Shown here one piece after another: positions 60,267 to 64,000 of a DNA stretch of 64,000 nt (position 1 is the stretch's first letter; every line of letters begins with the position of its first letter). The notes below the pieces were generated by a model. That model did no database searches. It had not been told where the DNA came from and saw nothing but the letters and a program-made list of their open reading frames with translations. This DNA comes from an uncultured Rhodospirillaceae bacterium. Lineage in GTDB: Bacteria; Pseudomonadota; Alphaproteobacteria; MPNO01; UBA830. Location of the stretch: NCBI GenBank assembly GCA_963977005.1, contig CAXBMQ010000024.1, positions 1,050 through 65,049 on the forward strand, given 5' to 3'. The translations under genes and the position numbers were made by a program.

Positions 60267-60512
60267 TTTTTCCTCCGTTCTCGCCCGACTGTCGGCCGGT
60301 TGCGACTTTTTATGCCTTATTCTAGCCCTGAGCCCGGCGACTTGGAAAGAAAAGCCCGGCAACCGCATGTATCGGTACTGAGCCCCGGATTATGCATATC
60401 CCCATTCGCCAATATCCGTTTACCGGCGGGGCGGAACAGGTATCCTGCGGCAGAAGAACGAAGGCCGGACGGAAACAGGATCCGGACACGTGACAAGGGG
60501 ATACGGAAGCAA

Positions 60513-62183
60513 GTGACGACGTCAGACGCAGCCCGCATCGCGGGAGAAACCAAAGACAATTCCTTATACTCGGCAGACTGGCAGGCCTGGACCGACCCCG
60601 AAGTACCGGAGATGTTCAATCCGACCGAACGCTTGCTGGACAAGCATATCGGCACGCCAAAGGAGAGCCACACCGCGCTGATCGTCGACGATACGCGCTA
60701 TAGCTACGCAGACGTCCAGGACCTCACCGGCCGGGCGGCGAATGCGTTGACGGATATCGGGCTCGAGGCGGATTCTAGGCTTCTCATGTTCGGTACGGAC
60801 AGCGCAGATTATATCGCAATCTGGCTGGGCGCCGTCCGGGCCGGTATCGTGCCCGCCGTTGTCTCGGACTTGTACAAGGCCGAGAATCTTCTCTACTTCA
60901 TCCGGGATACGGCGGCGAAAGCGCTCTACATCGACGGCGCCCAGATCGACAAGCTGCTCGCGATCCGGGACGACCTGCCGCAAACGCTGAAATACGTCAT
61001 CGTGTACGGAGAACCGGCGGTGGATGTCGGCACCCTGGAATCAGCGAGGCTTTTTTCAAGCAAGGCGATCCTGGACGGTGCGATACCGGCCTTCGCTCCC
61101 CTGCCGCGACATCGTAACGATGTCTGTTACATGTTCTATTCCGGCGGCACGACGGGCACGGCAAAGGGCATCACGCATCTTGCGCATGACTTCATTCTGG
61201 TACCGGAACGCCAGGGTGCATTCTGGGAATACACTCCGCAGGACGTCGTCCATGCGACATCGAAGAAATATTTCACGCATGGACTTTGGCCGGGCGTGCT
61301 CATCCCGTTCTACTGGGGCGCGACCAGCGTTATCAGCGCGCTCCCGCCAAGCCCGGACAACGTTCTGGACATCCTGACGCAACACAGCGTCACCAAGCTC
61401 GTCACCGTGCCGACGGTCGTGAAGAACGTGATGCTGCACATTGACCAGACCGGGGAGAAACCTGACACCCCTGCCCTGCAACTGGCGATCACGGCATCGG
61501 AAAAGATGGCGCCGGAGATATTCGAAAAATTCCATGAACTTTTCGGTATCGAGTTGCTCGATTCAATCGGTTCTTCCGAGATAACCTATGAATGGATCGC
61601 CAACCGGCCGAAGGAATTCCGGCGCGGCAGTCTGGGCAAGCCGGTATACGGCTATGAGGTCAGGCTGGTGGATATCGACGGCAATGACGTGACGACGCCC
61701 AACACAGATGGCGAGGCCTGGATCAACAGCGTCACAGGCTGTTTCTTCTACTGGCGGAAATTCGACAAGTCCCGGGAGACCTTTATCGGCCCCTGGGTCC
61801 GTACAGGCGACACGCTTTACTATGACGAGGACGGGTTTTTCTGGTTCTCCGGCCGTTCCGACGACGTATTCAAGGTCAAGGGACTCTGGGTATCGCCGAT
61901 CGAGGTCGAGGCGGCGATTACCGAGCATGACGATGTGCTCGAGGCGGCCGTTATTTCAGTTGAGGACAGGGACGGTCTGACCAAGCCGAAAGCCTTCGTG
62001 GTCGTCAAACCGGGAACCGACCCGTCCGACGCGCTCGCCGACGAGATCCGGAACAACGTCCGCGCGATCGGCGGGTACAAGGTCCCGGAAGAAATCGACT
62101 TCGTCGAGACGATCCCGCGCACGACACTGATGAAAATAGACCGCCGGACATTACGCGTCGAAGAAGCGGCGAGACGCAGCTGA
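60513..62183 (+). CDS. Benzoate-CoA ligase-family paralog (divergent pocket)
   Basis: YSGGTTGTAKG, DSIGSSE, RTGD, GRSDDVFKVKGLWVSPIEVE; real gene is only the 3' part of the 1173-aa ORF, GTG start inferred. Confidence 0.85.
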   Translation: MTTSDAARIAGETKDNSLYSADWQAWTDPEVPEMFNPTERLLDKHIGTPKESHTALIVDDTRYSYADVQDLTGRAANALTDIGLEADSRLLMFGTDSADYIAIWLGAVRAGIVPAVVSDLYKAENLLYFIRDTAAKALYIDGAQIDKLLAIRDDLPQTLKYVIVYGEPAVDVGTLESARLFSSKAILDGAIPAFAPLPRHRNDVCYMFYSGGTTGTAKGITHLAHDFILVPERQGAFWEYTPQDVVHATSKKYFTHGLWPGVLIPFYWGATSVISALPPSPDNVLDILTQHSVTKLVTVPTVVKNVMLHIDQTGEKPDTPALQLAITASEKMAPEIFEKFHELFGIELLDSIGSSEITYEWIANRPKEFRRGSLGKPVYGYEVRLVDIDGNDVTTPNTDGEAWINSVTGCFFYWRKFDKSRETFIGPWVRTGDTLYYDEDGFFWFSGRSDDVFKVKGLWVSPIEVEAAITEHDDVLEAAVISVEDRDGLTKPKAFVVVKPGTDPSDALADEIRNNVRAIGGYKVPEEIDFVETIPRTTLMKIDRRTLRVEEAARRS

Positions 62184-62204
62184 CTCTCCGCGACAGGACA
62201 CAAG

Positions 62205-62233
62205 AAAGGCGGGCGCACGGGGGCCCGCCTTTT
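62205..62233. terminator. Bidirectional terminator
   Basis: AAAGGCGGGC-gcacgggg-GCCCGCCTTTT between convergent genes. Confidence 0.8.
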
Positions 62234-62277
62234 ATGTTTTCGCCGGCCGCAAGTCGTGCCGCAGCCGCATGCCGCGT

Positions 62278-63711
62278 TCAGTTAAACCGGACGTAATCGA
62301 AATCGAACGGGTGACCGTGAATACCCCGGGTCGGCGGGGCGATCCACCCGGCGATCTTGCCGTGTTCGTAGCATGGCTTCATCAATGTGGTGACGAAAGC
62401 GCGGTCGGCCTCGGTCGGCAGCCATGAATCCACGTTCTTTGTCCACTCGGCCTCGCTGATCACCCGGCCGTCGGGCGCAACCTTTACCTCCGAGAAATTG
62501 CCGATCGCCCGGTGGAACCCGCGATGCGGCAGGGCAAAACGGAAATCGTACCCGTGTTTTTCGATGACCTTGTTCCAGCGGTTCAGGCCGCGCTGGCAGT
62601 CGTCGATATAGTCCTGGCGCAGTTTTTCGTTGATCGAGGTCAGCGCCGGCTGTTCGCGCTCGACGATCTTCTCGCCTTCGAGCATCAGCACATTGTACGT
62701 GTCGTTGACCAACAGGTGATCGTCGTCGATTTTGGTTTCGTGGAACCGGCCTTTGAGCCCCTGCGTGTAATAGTTGGCCGCATTGGTCGACAGTTCCTGA
62801 CCGAACAGATCGACCGAAACCGAATAGTGGAAATTGATCCATTTCTGAAGGGTCTGAAGGTCGATCGCACCCGCCTGACGGATCCGCTCGGGATCGTCCG
62901 TCCCCAGTTCGTCCATCACCTCGCAGGTGCGTTTCACAATGCGCATCACACCGGATTCGCCGACAAACATGTGATGCGCTTCCTCTGTCAGCATGAACTG
63001 GCAGGTGCGCGCCAACGGATCGAACGCGCTTTCGGCAAGGGAAGCGAGCTGGAATTTCCCGTCGCGGTCGGTAAAGAAGGCGAACATGAACATCGACAGC
63101 CATTCGGGCGTCGGCTCGTTGAATGCCCCGAGAATACGCGGCTTGTCCGCGTCGCCCGAATGCCGCTCGAGCATGGCCTCGGCCTCCTCGCGACCGTCGC
63201 GTCCGAAATGGGCATGGAGAAGATAGACCATTGCCCATAAGTGGCGGCCTTCCTCGACATTTATCTGGAACAGGTTGCGCAGATCGTAAAGCGAAGGCGC
63301 GGTGAGACCGAGCAGACGCTGCTGCTCGACAGACGCGGGCTCGGTATCGCCCTGGGTGACGATCAGGCGGCGCAGCGTCGAGCGGTATTCGCCGGGCACC
63401 TCCTGCCAGACGTCCTCGCCCTTGTGGTCTCCGAACGAAATTTTACGGTCGGGCACAGGCTCGTTCAGAAAAATGCCCCAGCGATATTCGGGCATCTTCA
63501 CATAGTCGAAATGCGCCCATCCATCTGCGCTGACATCCACGGCCGTGCGTAAAAGGACATCGTATCCCTGCGTGCCCTCGGGTCCGAGCTCGTCCCACCA
63601 GCTGAGATAATTGGGCATCCAGGATTCGAGCGCTCTTTGCAGGCGCCGGTTTTCGCTAAGATCGACATTGTTCGGAATTCGTTCGTTATAGTTGATGGAC
63701 GACATTGTCAT
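62278..63711 (-). CDS. boxB: Benzoyl-CoA 2,3-epoxidase subunit B
   Basis: IPNNVDL, QGDTEPASVEQQ, di-iron EEGRH and TEEAHH, FTDRDGKFQL. Confidence 0.96.
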   Translation of the reverse strand: MTMSSINYNERIPNNVDLSENRRLQRALESWMPNYLSWWDELGPEGTQGYDVLLRTAVDVSADGWAHFDYVKMPEYRWGIFLNEPVPDRKISFGDHKGEDVWQEVPGEYRSTLRRLIVTQGDTEPASVEQQRLLGLTAPSLYDLRNLFQINVEEGRHLWAMVYLLHAHFGRDGREEAEAMLERHSGDADKPRILGAFNEPTPEWLSMFMFAFFTDRDGKFQLASLAESAFDPLARTCQFMLTEEAHHMFVGESGVMRIVKRTCEVMDELGTDDPERIRQAGAIDLQTLQKWINFHYSVSVDLFGQELSTNAANYYTQGLKGRFHETKIDDDHLLVNDTYNVLMLEGEKIVEREQPALTSINEKLRQDYIDDCQRGLNRWNKVIEKHGYDFRFALPHRGFHRAIGNFSEVKVAPDGRVISEAEWTKNVDSWLPTEADRAFVTTLMKPCYEHGKIAGWIAPPTRGIHGHPFDFDYVRFN

Positions 63712-63796
63712 CTACCCTTCGACTGACATTAAAAGTATTTGATGAAACCCTTTTAAGATACGTTGTCGTATCTTCTCCGGATTTTACATTCTGTAT

Positions 63797-64000
63797 TTAA
63801 ACGCGCTGTTTGTTGTAGGACGCTTTCTGGCCGGAACCGTATACCTTGAGCGCGCCGTCATCGCCTGCTGCATTGGGACGCTGGAATATCCAGTTCTGCC
63901 ACGCGGACAGACGGCCGAAAATTTTGGTTTCCAGCGTTTCCGGTCCGGCGAAACGCAGGCTTGCCTCCATGCCGGTCAGGGCATCGGGCGAAAAACTCGC
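63797..64000 (-). CDS. boxC: 2,3-epoxybenzoyl-CoA dihydrolase, 3' end (truncated by window)
   Basis: Own translation: SPDALTGMEASLRFAGPETLETKIFGRLSAWQNWIFQRPNA...KQRV*. Confidence 0.9.
   Translation of the reverse strand, partial: ASFSPDALTGMEASLRFAGPETLETKIFGRLSAWQNWIFQRPNAAGDDGALKVYGSGQKASYNKQRV

Noticed and set aside
58662-60512. 1173-aa ORF that looks like a large N-terminal fusion to a CoA ligase
   Set aside because: The first ~530 codons lie antisense to the minus-strand benzoate-CoA ligase and the rest is intergenic; no motifs; typical high-GC shadow ORF

Overview
GC-rich alphaproteobacterial chromosome segment (GcrA, CtrA-type boxes, short ATP-cone-less NrdA), probably Rhodospirillales-like; the taxonomy is inference. 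It mixes core genes (gcrA, cysQ, tsaC/sua5, speDE, nrdAB, mntR) with many aromatic and organosulfur catabolic genes: two Rieske oxygenases, a LigI-like lactonase, a LigAB-like dioxygenase, two benzoate-CoA ligases, boxB and the 3' end of boxC. It also encodes three surface or secreted proteins (PEP-CTERM, a 1.4-kaa tectonin plus ricin-B lectin, an RTX protein). I saw no rRNA, tRNA, CRISPR array, IS or prophage. Main leads: (1) a hidden selenoprotein, where two ORFs at 3639-4874(-) are one frame joined by an in-frame UGA in a U-x-x-C motif followed by a SECIS-like hairpin (PrdB/GrdB-like domain fused to an unknown helical domain, no reductase partners nearby); (2) a TonB-dependent receptor-YfiR-hybrid histidine kinase operon behind a perfect TTAA-N7-TTAA box, a candidate trans-envelope signalling system; (3) the dual-lectin giant protein; (4) a structured leader before a purine permease. 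All family calls come from motifs read by eye, with no database searches.
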